Shown here one piece after another: positions 40,661 through 53,778 of a stretch of DNA of 64,000 nucleotides. The notes under the pieces were generated by a model. It saw nothing but the letters and a program-made list of their open reading frames with translations, searched no databases and had not been told where the DNA came from. The translations under genes and the position numbers were made by a program. Positions within the stretch are counted from its first letter, which is position 1. Each line of letters begins with the position of its first letter. Source of the stretch: Octopus sinensis (lineage: Eukaryota); NCBI RefSeq assembly GCF_006345805.1, contig NC_043006.1, positions 96,100,001 to 96,164,000 on the forward strand. Reading direction: 5' to 3'.

Positions 40661-40903
40661 GCAACTGATACTGATGCTGACGGTCACATAAGCAATATAT
40701 CATGGCGATATATGTCTTCGATGATGATTTTTATAAGTACTTTGCGGATACTTAATGACTGGTCTTTGTATTTAATCGATCTTTTAAGAAAGAAGAGTTG
40801 TAATATCTCAGGATGTAAAGTGATGGCAACTAAGTAGCGCACAGTATTCAGTCCACAGTAATTTCCGTGAGTGTTAACAAACCACCGACATCTTCCCCAC
40901 AAC

Positions 40904-40957
40904 GGCCAATCAACAATATTAGTTAAAAGTATATTTCTTATTTGTCGCCGCCATTTT
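40904..40957. promoter_or_regulatory. Promoter-like motif pair (CCAAT box and YY1-like site)
   Basis: GGCCAATCA at 40904-12 and GCCGCCATTTT at 40947-57 in unique sequence; motif match only. Confidence 0.25.
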
Positions 40958-42187
40958 ATTATTCTTTCTTGTTCTCGTTAGTTTGTTTGTTGGATTTTTT
41001 GTTTTGTTATTAGAGAAACGTTACACCTTTTATATTCTGATTGCTTAGTTAAAAAGTTTAACGAGACGAAAAAAAATAAACAAAAACAAACCATAATAAA
41101 TAGCAATAAGCGAAAGAGTGATTGAAAGAATAAAAATATAGTATTTCTTGTCATAAAAGAATTGGCAGTGTTTCTTTTAAGAGTGTTCTTATTCTTTAGT
41201 TCCGTTCGTTTGTTCGTTTGTTTGGGTTATGGTTTAGCTTTTAAATAGCAATACATTAAGACGGCATCAAAAATCATGTTCGGCTTATCACGTTTGTGTT
41301 ACTAAAAACTCGTCGCTTCGACTTCGTTTTCAAATTCTTTGTCGGTTCTGCTATGAATCTAATCAATGACAATTCAGTTTTGTAGACCATTTAAATTCTG
41401 GGTAAATCTTGTTATAGAAAATCGTTAAAAATGGTGGAGTCGTATGACTTGTAAATGTCTATTGATGTTCTAACATCGCGGCGAAATGAAGATTTATAAT
41501 ATAATATCTGTGGTACTAGTAAAAACCATTTAGTAACTTGCTACAATGTTATTTAAATAGAAATTATATACACTCTGTGACAGGCTAATGCAAATACACA
41601 AAGCAGGCGCGTTCACACACGCACACACACACACTCACACACTCACACACACACACTCACACACTCACACACACACACAGATATGTGTACATATGTGTAA
41701 GAGTTTATGTGTGTAGTAAATATATATGTTTATGTATGTATATAGAAAACACAATCTTTCTCTCTCTCTCTGTCTCTCTCTCTCACACACACACAACACA
41801 CATACACACACATGCATACACACGTACAAATATATAAACATCAGTAAAATCACATACAATTGTTTTATCTATATAAATGTGTCTGTATGTATGTGAACGT
41901 GCGACTGTTTGTGCATACTCACACACAGACACACACGCAGACATATTGACTCATTTATTTATTTCAGACTTACGACGGCTGAGATGGCGGGGTACTAGTT
42001 TTAAAGCATTACTTTACCATATTAACCCTGTACGTATTACAAACTGGCACTTATTATTGCTGTTATTAGTATTATTGCTATTATTATGTAACATAGCGAG
42101 ATATTTAACGATTTCATGTATATTTATTTAGAGGAGTGCTGTTCTTTGCTTTAAACACTGAGGATTATCAAATATAACAGAAACAGT

Positions 42188-42604
42188 GGCACAGGAGTGG
42201 CTGTGTGGTAAGTAGCTTGCTAACCAACCAAATGGTTCCGGGTTCAGTCCCACTGCGTGGCATCTTGGGCAAGTGTCTTCTGCTATAGCCCCGGGCCGAC
42301 CAATGCCTTGTAAGTGGATTTGGTAGACGGAAACTGAAAGAAGCCCGTCGTATATATGTATATATATATATATATGTGTGTGTGTTTGTGTGTCTGTGTT
42401 TGTCCCCCTAGCATTGCTTGACAACCGATGCTGGTGTGTCTACGTCCCCGCCACTTAGCGGTTCGGCAAAAGAGACCGAGAGAATAAGTACTGGGCTTAC
42501 AAAAGAATAAGTTCCGGGGTCGATTTGATCGACTAAAGGCGGTGCTCCAGCATGGCCGCAGTCAAATGACTGAAACAAGTAAAAGAGTAAAAGAGTAAAA
42601 GAGT
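42188..42604 (+). mobile_element. Full-length young SINE A
   Basis: GGCACAGGAGTGGCTGTGTGGTAAG...GAAACAAGT(AAAAGAGT)3. Confidence 0.95.
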
Positions 42605-43561
42605 GGGTTAGAAATCTACTGCAACTTATTTAGATTAAAAACAAGATCAAAATTTGAATTATTGCATTAAAATGTAACATTCATAATATTTCGGGCTGAA
42701 TGCTCCTTGTGAAGAGCTAGTGAGAGACGTGTATCTCGTTAGATGCTAATGTCTATATGTTAGATATAAAAACCTATCGTTTGCAACGGGAATATGAAAT
42801 GGGCTTATTTTCAATATTGTGGGATATTTTTCCAGTATCTTTCCGCAATTGGGAGGCTGAAATCATGTAGATATGCCATAGAAAGAAACGAGTTATAATT
42901 TATGCTTTACGGAGAAGCGGCCATGTCAGTCAATGTAGTTACTGAAATTTCTGTCAGCTTTTGGTGAGTAGATTTGTTTTTTGTTTTTGCTTTTTGTTTC
43001 GATGAAAATTGGCTCTTATTGTGATTTCGGTCAACGGCTCTGATTGTAGCGGAGCTAGCCTGGCTTAAATGTTTATCTAGTTGTTTTCTGACATATGAAG
43101 CATCTTTAAATTGAAGAACAATTCTTGACCAATATAGTTGCCGATGGAGAATGGCACACTACAGAGACGAGATATGCTCGCCAATACTTAATCCGTTTGG
43201 GGAATGGAGCATTTGATAAGCGTATCCAGGTTATTGGTGAGGGCATATGACCTGGTGGTTAGGCTGTTAGATATACGATCGCGAGATCGTGATTCCGATT
43301 TCTTGACTGGACCATGTGCTGTGCTCTTGAACAAAACACTTCATTTGAGTTGCCCCGCGATCATCTGACACGAGACAAATAGTGCACCTGTTCAGGAAAC
43401 GTCCATTTGATGGAGGCAGTAAGCTAATGTACATTGGATCAATTCCTGAGCGTTAAAGTAATACATCTGTTTGTTTTCTACACCACCTGTCTTCGTCTTT
43501 TGTTTTTTTAGCGAATTCTCCCCCTCTATCCTCTCTCTCTCTATATATATATATATATATG

Positions 43562-43607
<46 letters not shown>

Positions 43608-43617
43608 ATATATATAT

Positions 43618-43681
<64 letters not shown>

Positions 43682-44170
43682 TGTATGTATGTATGTGTGT
43701 ATGTATGTATATATATCCACACTGAATGAAATTGTACTACAATGTCTCGTTGAAGGCGAGACAACCAAATCTTCCATGCCATCTGTACTGTCTACTAACA
43801 TTCTTTCCTAGCTTGTTTTCTTCATCATCATCATCGTCATTATTATTATTATTATTATTCCTTCTCTTCCTTCTCTTCCTTCTCTTTTTCACATTCATCT
43901 CCTTTTTCTTTTTTTTTTTCTTCTTCTTCGTCTTCTAAGTGAAAACTTCTAATTTGACTTATTTTAAAGACATAGAAGAAGAAAATTTAAATTGAATAAA
44001 TATTTTCAATCATAACTTTCGTTTATAGTATGAAATCTAAATCGATTTCCGACTGATTATGAATTCAATTACTCCTCTGAACTTCTCGAAGTTTGTTGAC
44101 CTTAATTTCGTGCGAGAAAAGCGCTTCATATATTAATCTCTATCTACCTCACCAGACATGTTCATGCATG

Positions 44171-44213
<43 letters not shown>

Positions 44214-45238
44214 CATATATTTATATATATATATGCATGTATGTGTATACTCTCATACACTTATATATACATACATATATATTTATGTTATATATATATG
44301 TATGCATGTATGTGTATATACTCATCCATTTATATATACATATACGTATGTTTATACACACATATATACATATATATATATGTATACATATATAAGGATA
44401 TATACATTTCTGTATTTGTATATGTTTATATATATGTTATGTAGACAGCATTCACCATTTTGTGGAATTTTGGAAGAAATGTACCGCATTTATTTTTAAA
44501 CGACGTATTTTCTTCCATTATCAGAGACTTTGGCTTCACATAGAATTTCACTGAAAGAAGGAATTTAACTGTTTGAAGGGCTGTGTACGTAATATGTGTG
44601 GTGGTGTGTCTATGTGGTGTGTGTGTGTTGTGTGTGTGTGTTTGTGTGTGAGTGTGTGTGTTTGTGTGTGTGTGTTGTGTGTGTTTTTATTATTTTTAAG
44701 TTCTTAAAAGAGTTCAAGTCATTCATTAAAACATGCGTGTGCGCGCTTGAGCGTACCTGTTTTTGTTTCTGACACTTCGTAGCTGTTTTAGTCTCACATA
44801 ACCGCTTGACCACTGCCGTTGGCATGCTAACGTGTCCGTAAATTAACTTTTCGGCAAAACAGTCTCATGGATTAAGGACCGGGTTTAAAAAAATAAGTCC
44901 TGGGGTTAGTTCGTTCCAGTAAAAATTCCTCAAGGCAGTGTTCTAGCATTGCCGCAGTCTAATGACGGAAACAATTATAACATAAGATTTAAAATATACA
45001 ACCCAGTTCAATTTTACATTCCTACACTTTATGAAACCCGCTGACAGTTACTCATACGTATATGTCACGCTGTGTGTGAGAGGGAGAGCATGCTGTGTTT
45101 GTGTGACATGGAGTGAGCAAGTGTGAGTGATATCAGGTATGTGGTGTGTATATGTTTGTATATGGAGGGCATATACACACATATGTATAAATATATGCAC
45201 ATATGTGTGTGCATTATATTATATATATATATATATAT

Positions 45239-45456
45239 ACTCTTTTACTCTTTTACTTGTTTCAGTCATTTGACTGCGGCCATGCTGGAGCACCGCCTTT
45301 AGTCGAGCAAATCGACCCCGGGACTTATTCCTTGTAAGCCCAGTACTTATTATATCGGTCTCTTTCGCCGAACCGCTAAGTGACGGGGACGTAAACACAC
45401 CAGCATCGGTTGTCAAGCAATGCTAGGGGGACAAACACAGACACACAAACCCACAC

Positions 45457-45496
<40 letters not shown>

Positions 45497-45660
45497 TATA
45501 CGACAGGCTTCTTTCAGTTTCCGTCCACCAATCCACTCACAAGGCATTGGTCAGCCCGGGGCTATAGCAGAAAACACCTGCCCAAGATGCCATGCAGTGG
45601 GACTAAACCTGGAACCATGTGGTTGGTTAGCAAGCTACTTACCACACAGCCACTCCTGCG

Positions 45661-45662
<2 letters not shown>
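45239..45662 (-). mobile_element. SINE A (duplication unit 1)
   Basis: Full head to tail, flanked by (TA)n. Confidence 0.95.
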
Positions 45663-45699
<37 letters not shown>

Positions 45700-46103
45700 T
45701 ATATATACATATATTTATATATATATATATGCATGTATGTGTATACTCTCATACACTTATATATACATACATATATATTTGTATATATATATATGTATGC
45801 ATGTATGTGTATATACTCATCCATTTATATATACATATACGTATGTTTATACACACATATATACTAATATATATGTATATACATATATAAGGATATACAT
45901 TTCTGTATTTGTATATGTTTATATATATGTTATGTAGACAGCATTCACCATTTTGTGGAATTTTGGAAGAAATGTACCGCATTTATTTTTAAACGACGTA
46001 TTTTCTTCCATTATCAGAGACTTTGGCTTCACATAGAATTTCACTGAAAGAAGGAATTTAACTGTTTGAAGGGCTGTGTACGTAATATGTGTGTGTGTGT
46101 GTC

Positions 46104-46134
<31 letters not shown>

Positions 46135-46698
46135 TTGTGTGTGAGTGTGTGTGTTTGTGTGTGTGTGTGTGTTGTGTGTGTTTTATTTTTAAGTTCTTAA
46201 AAGAGTTCAAGTCATTCATTAAAACATGCGTGTGCGCGCTTGAGCGTACCTGTTTGTTTCTGACACTTCGTAGCTGTTTTAGTCTCACATAACCGCTTGA
46301 CCACTGCCGTTGGCATGCTAACGTGTCCGTAAATTAACTTTTCGGCAAAACAGTCTCATGGATTAAGGACCGGGTTTAAAAAAATAAGTCCTGGGGTTAG
46401 TTCGTTCCAGTAAAAATTCCTCAAGGCAGTGTTCTAGCATTGCCGCAGTCTAATGACGGAAACAATTATAACATAAGATTTAAAATATACAACCCAGTTC
46501 AATTTTACATTCCTACACTTTAATGAAACCCGCTGACAGTTACTCATACGTATATGTCACGCTGTGTGTGAGAGGGAGAGCATGCTGTGTTTGTGTGACA
46601 TGGAGTGAGCAAGTGTGAGTGATATCAGGTATGTGGGTGTGTATATGTTTGTATATGGAGGGCATATACACACATATGTATAAATATATGCACATATG

Positions 46699-46733
<35 letters not shown>

Positions 46734-46734
<1 letters not shown>

Positions 46735-46947
46735 CTCTTTTACTCTTTTACTTGTTTCAGTCATTTGACTGCGGCCATGCTGGAGCACCGCCTTTAGTCG
46801 AGCAAATCGACCCCGGGACTTATTCCTTGTAAGCCCAGTACTTATTATATCGTCTCTTTCGCCGAACCGCTAAGTGACGGGGACGTAAACACACCAGCAT
46901 CGGTTGTCAAGCAATGCTAGGGGGACAAACACAGACACAACAAACAC

Positions 46948-46991
<44 letters not shown>

Positions 46992-47158
46992 TATACGACA
47001 GGCTTCTTTCAGTTTCCGTCCACCAAATCCACTCACAAGGCATTGGTCAGCCCGGGGCTATAGCAGAAAACACCTGCCCAAGATGCCATGCAGTGGGACT
47101 AAACCTGGAACCATGTGGTTGGTTAGCAAGCTACTTACCACACAGCCACTCCTGCGCC
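46734..47158 (-). mobile_element. SINE A (duplication unit 2)
   Basis: Copy of the previous element. Confidence 0.95.
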
Positions 47159-47449
47159 TATATATATATATATATTATATATATATATAATATAATATGT
47201 ATATATATATATGTATGTATGTAGTATGTTATATATATATATATACTGATATGTGCGTGTGTGTATGGATATATATATATGTATATATGCATATGCACAT
47301 GTATGTATATATAATACGAACTCTATCCCGCCGTTAGACGACGTGAGTTCGGCAATATCTTGTGGAACGGACGTGTTTTTTACGCTCGTAAGTCTTGTAA
47401 ATTATTATTACCATAATTTCTTTATAATGATTATTATAGACTTGTGTGC

Positions 47450-49575
47450 GTTTTCGTAACTAAACTTGCCTAGCGTGGGAGGTTTCGCATCCAAAATTCC
47501 TCCTTTTAGGGGCGAATTTTACCTTCGTTTTTTTGCTACGCAGTTAATTTCTCAATGATGGATTCCAGCCGCGGTGATGCTTACGCCCACTAAGGTAAAG
47601 TATACAACGAACTGTTTCCTTGTCTCCCCTGTTGCGAGCAGGACGAGGGGAATGATCTACTCCTCAAAAGAAATACAGCGGATACTTTCAAGGAAACCCC
47701 GAACAACAAATTTAAGGACCTCAAGAAAGATAAATTTAAACTAAACAGTCGCGGTTTCGCATCAGCAGCGCGTGTGCAACAAGAATCCCTCAACTTTAAC
47801 ATTGAAGACATAGAAAAAGTGAAGAAGTTATTACGGAGAAATGTCACAAATGCTAACTCACTACCCAACCCCTTCATGACATACAACAGCGCACAAAACA
47901 ATAAACCATAATATACAAAACGCTGTCACTCAACCAAAAAAATATTGACCAAGCTACAAACGAAACTATTGGAAAGTGTTTGCAACCAATATGGTCAAGG
48001 ATCGAATATGTGGACAGAGGGGGAAATATGGCACAGTGGAAGTGAGGTTCGCTTCGGAAGACGAAGCAAAAGCACACTCCACAGTGCTCCAAAAACGAAC
48101 GAGCTGGTGCTCCTGCGTACCTACCTGGGTCGAAGAGTGTCAAAGGTTAAAATTGAGGCGGTGCCCCCACATATTGACGGCTTATGCGTGATGGAAGCTG
48201 TCCTGTTCGACATTGAGGACAAAATAAACATACTACAAATTGCCAAACAGCACCAACAGAACTAATGGGGGCAGGGTATAGAGTTGTTAATCCAAGCTAA
48301 CCAGCAGGTTCTAGAACAAATACCAGACCTGATAAACATATCAGATGGCACAATACTGCACGGGATGGTGGAAGGGCGTAGACTCAGTTGCTACCGATGT
48401 GAGCAAAAAGACCACCTCATCGTCTCATGCCCACTAGGATCTAGACACATAAGCCACCACCCATGAAAGGAGACACCCCAGCATATCCCAAAAATTCATC
48501 CAGGAACGCACTTTAAGCCTCACCACCCACCCACCGAAACAGTCAACTCCATACAAACTACGGAGGATATATCAACGTCCACGGCATTGGATACCGTGAC
48601 AGTCCCGAATCCAGTATCAGAAACTATTACACCACCCAGAAAGAAAAGTTCGCATTCTACACAACCAGCCAGTATACCCACAAAAACCACTCCAATGGAA
48701 GAAAACTAAAACCCAAAGGATTTACATCCCACCGAGTTGGACCATATTGATAAAAGCGACGAATGGAAAGCAATACCCAAAAGAAAACAAAAGAAGAAAA
48801 GACTCCACCACAACAGACACACAACCATTTTCATTCACACCCACATTACTTACACCAAACACACAGTCAGAATCCTCACAGCCAACACCAAGCCAAACAC
48901 ATCCCTCATGGAATATACACAAGACAACCCCAATATCACACTGTACAAGTCCATTGCCTCGCAATCACATGTCTCCAAGCAGATTCAAATTATAAACATA
49001 AACGGTGACATTTACATTCAACGAAAAGAGAAATACCCCAATGACATAGGGAGTCTGCAAAGGACATTCACAAAACACACCAAAATTTAATTGAGGATAT
49101 CCCACAAGCCACCCAAGGGAATAAAGAAAATTTCTCACTCCCCCTCAGCACACAGCGAAAGTAACCCCCTCCTTTTTCTTAGTTTTGTCTCATGTTCTCT
49201 CTCAAGCTGGGTAGTATAAATATACGTGGCTTGGGATCGCCTTAGAAACAAGGATACTTGCTCAACGATCTCAGATCACTGGATTTGGACGTAACAGTCA
49301 TATGAGACTTGAGCGTGAATTCTTAAGTCTTACCCCAGCGACCAGTTTGGCTCTTGGTTTGTGGGGTCTCCACGTCCAACCCAACATGCTCCTCCTTTCA
49401 GAGTTCCACCTTCTTACTCTCATTTATATTTAAAATATGCAAACTTCACACTTGTTACCACTGTTTACACGCCATCACTTTGTTATTTCATTTTGTTATC
49501 GCTTATATGTATGACCCCACTCTGTCAGTCCTGTACTGTCTCTCTGTGTAAAGCCCTTGGGGGCCAATAAAGAAT
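47450..49575 (+). mobile_element. L1/Tx1-like LINE with most of ORF2 deleted (5' region, ORF1, ORF2 start, 3' UTR)
   Basis: Zinc knuckle CYRCEQKDHLIVSC (48389-48430); ORF2 start MFSLKLGSINIRGL at 49192, ending near 49310; 3' end ..AGCCCTTGGGGGCCAATAAAGAA; the 5' boundary is uncertain. Confidence 0.75.
47650..48710 (+). pseudogene. Disrupted gag-like LINE ORF1
   Basis: RRM-like GKYGTVEVRFASEDEAK segment and CX2CX4HX4C knuckle across frameshifts and stops. Confidence 0.65.
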
Positions 49576-50640
49576 TGAATTTCTTGTCGAACAAGATGAT
49601 TTGTTCATAGTGATGAAATACTTGTGTTCACATAAGCTCACTCCCTCCATCAAATCGACATTACTTGTACAGGTGTGCCATGTGTCACATGCCAGGTGAC
49701 GTAATGATCGCAGGGCAACATAAAGTAGCAGCATAGCTACAGGTGGAGATGAGAGCGGCGGTTTTGGATGTGCTGTATAATTTTATATAGTGAACGAGGG
49801 CGGGGCGAAAGCGCCAACCTCAGAGGCTGCATCAGGGAGCACAGACAGTACGCAACTGCTGACAATATGCTCTCTGGTGTAAAATATACGCAGGAAAATC
49901 AACCATAAACCGTTTTAAGATTCTCTCTCGAAAATTCTACTGCAAATACGTAGCACTTTCCAGTAATATGACTTGAAGTTGTCTCCGAATCAAGGCTACA
50001 GAAAGACTAAAAAGATATTTTTAAAACACGACTGACATGGGAGAGAGATTTAGCTATCTTTCTGTTTTTTCTAGCAAATCAAGAGACCACCTAGTTTCTT
50101 ACTCGTTGTCTTAGAAGCATGGTACTTTTACAATTCCTAGAATTCTAAATAATTCATTTTCGGTGTTGGAAACGGATTTTTAACGGTTTTAATCATTTAT
50201 AATATTTAATGCAGTCGATGAGAGATTTTGTTTCATATTCCCAAAGATTCGTATCGGTTTGCTGTTGTTTCGTTGTTGTTGTTTTTGTTGTTGTCTTGTT
50301 GTTGTTGTTTTGCTAAGTGACGGTCGCCCACGTATTATCATTAGTGCTTTTTGTTTCCGCATTCGTGTTGTTGTTGCTCCGTGTTGTTGTTATTGTTCCA
50401 ACTGCTGCTAAAAGACTTGCTGTTAAATTTACATGTTTTTAGTAAAAATATCATATTTCGACTTGAATAATAAGTAAGCTACGAATAAATTTATCAATGC
50501 ATTTCATTATTTCAAGCTGAATATTTTAAACGATGTCATACAGACATTCTCCATCATTACACATACACACGCCGTCAATTCACATTCACAATTGTACACT
50601 TACGCTTATATTTGCTTGTATACATGATACACTCGCACAC

Positions 50641-50713
<73 letters not shown>

Positions 50714-51193
50714 TACATAGGTATTATATACATATGCATATATTTACATATATATGCATAGAGATATATATTTATATATACACTTATATATATGCACACA
50801 AATACTTATGTATACGCTAAAGACGAAAGGAAACTAGTATATTTTCTGAGTAGTTACATAAAATAATCATGTCATTCTATATGTCTGTGCATCTACACTT
50901 ACAAATATATATGTATATATATATATATGTACAGATATATATGTGTATGTATGTATATATGTATGTATGCATGCAAATACTCACGCACACATACACACAT
51001 ACACAATCGTATACATATGTATATCGATATATACACAAACAAAATCCGAATATATATATATATATATATGTGTGTGTGGTGGGTGTGTATGTATGTACGT
51101 ATGTATGTATGTATGTGTGTATATATATATATATGTATATTTATATATATATGTATAAATATATATAGGTATATATATATATATATAGGTATA

Positions 51194-51237
<44 letters not shown>

Positions 51238-51647
51238 TATATCTATATATATATATATATATATACATATATATATGTATATATATGTGTGTGTATCGAG
51301 ATTTCTACGTGTAAATATATGAGTCATGATGTGTTTGCATAACAAAAGATGATGATACAGTATTTAAAACAGTTGAATACAATTTCAGTAAGAAGGCGTC
51401 ATTACCTCAAGTTATGCAGCAAACATTAATTCTCACCAGTCACATCTCTTCACTGCATTTATTCGAAATTTAACTCATCCCATAAATAAAATATATTTAA
51501 TGAATTTATTTTTCAATGTTTTTTCTCAATCATTTTCACTTATTAACTTTTCTGACGTTGTGTGTTGAAGTACTGTTTTACAAAATAGAAGCAAAGAGAC
51601 GTACGTACGCATATATGTATATCTATTTATCTATTTATCTATCTATC

Positions 51648-51692
<45 letters not shown>

Positions 51693-51924
51693 TCTCACCT
51701 TCCCTAGCGTAAACCAGATATACCTGTTTGTTGTTTATACACCTGTCTTCATCTTTTCTTTTTCTGTAAATTTCAACTCTATATATATACATGTATATAT
51801 ATATATATATATACGAGAAAGAAGCAACAAGAATGGATTGGTTTTTAGTACAATTGTTTCATACAAAGACAGGCTTTATTACAAGTTGCAAAAATTGCAG
51901 CAGATAAATTGCTTAATTGCTTTG

Positions 51925-51963
<39 letters not shown>

Positions 51964-52617
51964 GCATATATACATGCATATATGTACATACCTACATGTA
52001 TATTTATATATACATGCATATATATGGGTACAGGACATAAAGAAATGTGGAACACAATGAAAAACGAAAACATAAAAACAAAAACATGTAAACGATGAAA
52101 CAACGGAAAAACAGAGAGACAAGACATACAACACAAGGAATATCCCCCTTCTTCCGTTGTCCCTGCTTCGTCTAAGCTGCGTTTCGAAGGTAAGGACAAG
52201 ATGCGACTTCGTTGAAACAATCCTTCCTGCAGAGCAAATTAAATAAAATTTGGGATTTTTTTGCGGAGGGGTAAAATTGGTAAAAAGAACAGGACAGTAA
52301 GAACAAAACAAGACTGTAAAAACAATCAAAGTAAAAAGAGTAAAAGACAGGACAAAGAGAATAACACAGTAAAACCAAACGATGAAAAAAAAAAGCACAA
52401 CGTTAGAAAAGGTAATAAGTTAAAAACATTGAGAAAAAACATTGAAAAATAAATTCATTAAATATATTTTATTTATGTGATGAGTTAAATTTCGAATAAA
52501 TGCAGTGAAGAGATGTGACTGGTGAGAATTAATGTTTGCTGCATAACCTGAGGTAATGACGCCTTCTTACTGAAATTGTATTCAACTGTTTTAAATACTG
52601 TTATATTTATATATAAT

Positions 52618-52666
<49 letters not shown>

Positions 52667-53194
52667 AACAATGGAACAAGAACGCCACAAACGAAAATAT
52701 AACATCCGGACAGATAGACAATGCGAAGATGGACAGGAAAAACAAGGGTGGGTCATTCGCTCCTTTCATCAGTCAATTTACCAAATTATCGTTATAGTTT
52801 CGGGCATTTACAGTTGAGACACTTCAAATCTGGTTGTGCCCAAAAATCTAAGCTAAGTGTATTAAATTTTGGGGGAGAAAGCAAGCGAATGTGTACGGCA
52901 ACAAAGACAAAAAAAGGGAGAACTTTTTTCACAATTACAAATGCAAACAAGAACATAACAACAGGTGTCTTTCGACTAATAAGGAGAAATCAAGTTGAGT
53001 TGGCGCGTGTATATGTGTTTATATAGGTGTGTGTTTGTGTGTGTGTGCGTGTGTGTGTGTTTGTGTGTGTGTGTGTGTTTGTGTGTCGATTAACGGCCGT
53101 CCAATGGTGTTTTATCGGATTTTCGTTTATATTTAACTCATCGAGTAGAGATTATACATAAAGATTTACCAAAAGCTTGGTGATTCTCAAATAT

Positions 53195-53565
53195 ATAAGC
53201 ACCCAGAAGACGCAGCGGTCGATTACATAGACTCCAGTGCGTAACTGGTACTTAATTTATCGACCCCGAAAGGATGAAAGGCAAATCGACCTCGGCGGAA
53301 CTTGAACTCAGAACGTAGCGGCAGAAGAAATACTACTTCATTACTACCCACAATAGGGTTAAACACAGAGGGGACAAACAAGGACAGAGAAACGGATTAA
53401 GTTGATTACATCGACCCTAGTGCGTAACTGGTACTTAATTTATCGATCCCGATTGGATGAAAGGCAAAGTCGACCTCGACGGAATTTGAACTCAGAACGT
53501 ACCGGCAGACGAAATACCGCTAAGCATTTCACCCGGCGTGCTAACGATTCTGCCAGCTCACTGCC
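53195..53565 (-). mobile_element. SINE B dimer (full tail-1 copy joined to a head-truncated copy)
   Basis: Two cores; junction GCAGAAGAAAT|ACTACTTCATTACTACCC. Confidence 0.9.
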
Positions 53566-53778
53566 TTCAAATCGTAAAACCATGAAATCCTTTCTATATG
53601 CCCCTGAACCTTTTTAAAAGAATCTTTTTTTGTTCATTTCTTCAATTTCAGCGCGTGTGTATATTTTGATAAAGTAGTTGCGTCCCTTCCCAGCGTGTGG
53701 CTTTACTTATAGTAACAGCTCTTAATGTAATAATATATTTAAAAAGAAAAATTATGCCCTATGTTTCCCTTTATTATT

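Larger units (their letters stand above)
44195..47158 (+). repeat. Near-identical tandem duplication, about 1.5 kb unit (44195-45662 and 45664-47158)
   Basis: All unique segments and the terminal SINE A are repeated; differences I saw are mostly 1 bp indels and microsatellite length. Confidence 0.95.

Noticed and set aside
47590-47901. 103 aa minus-strand ORF
   Set aside because: Antisense to the LINE ORF1 region
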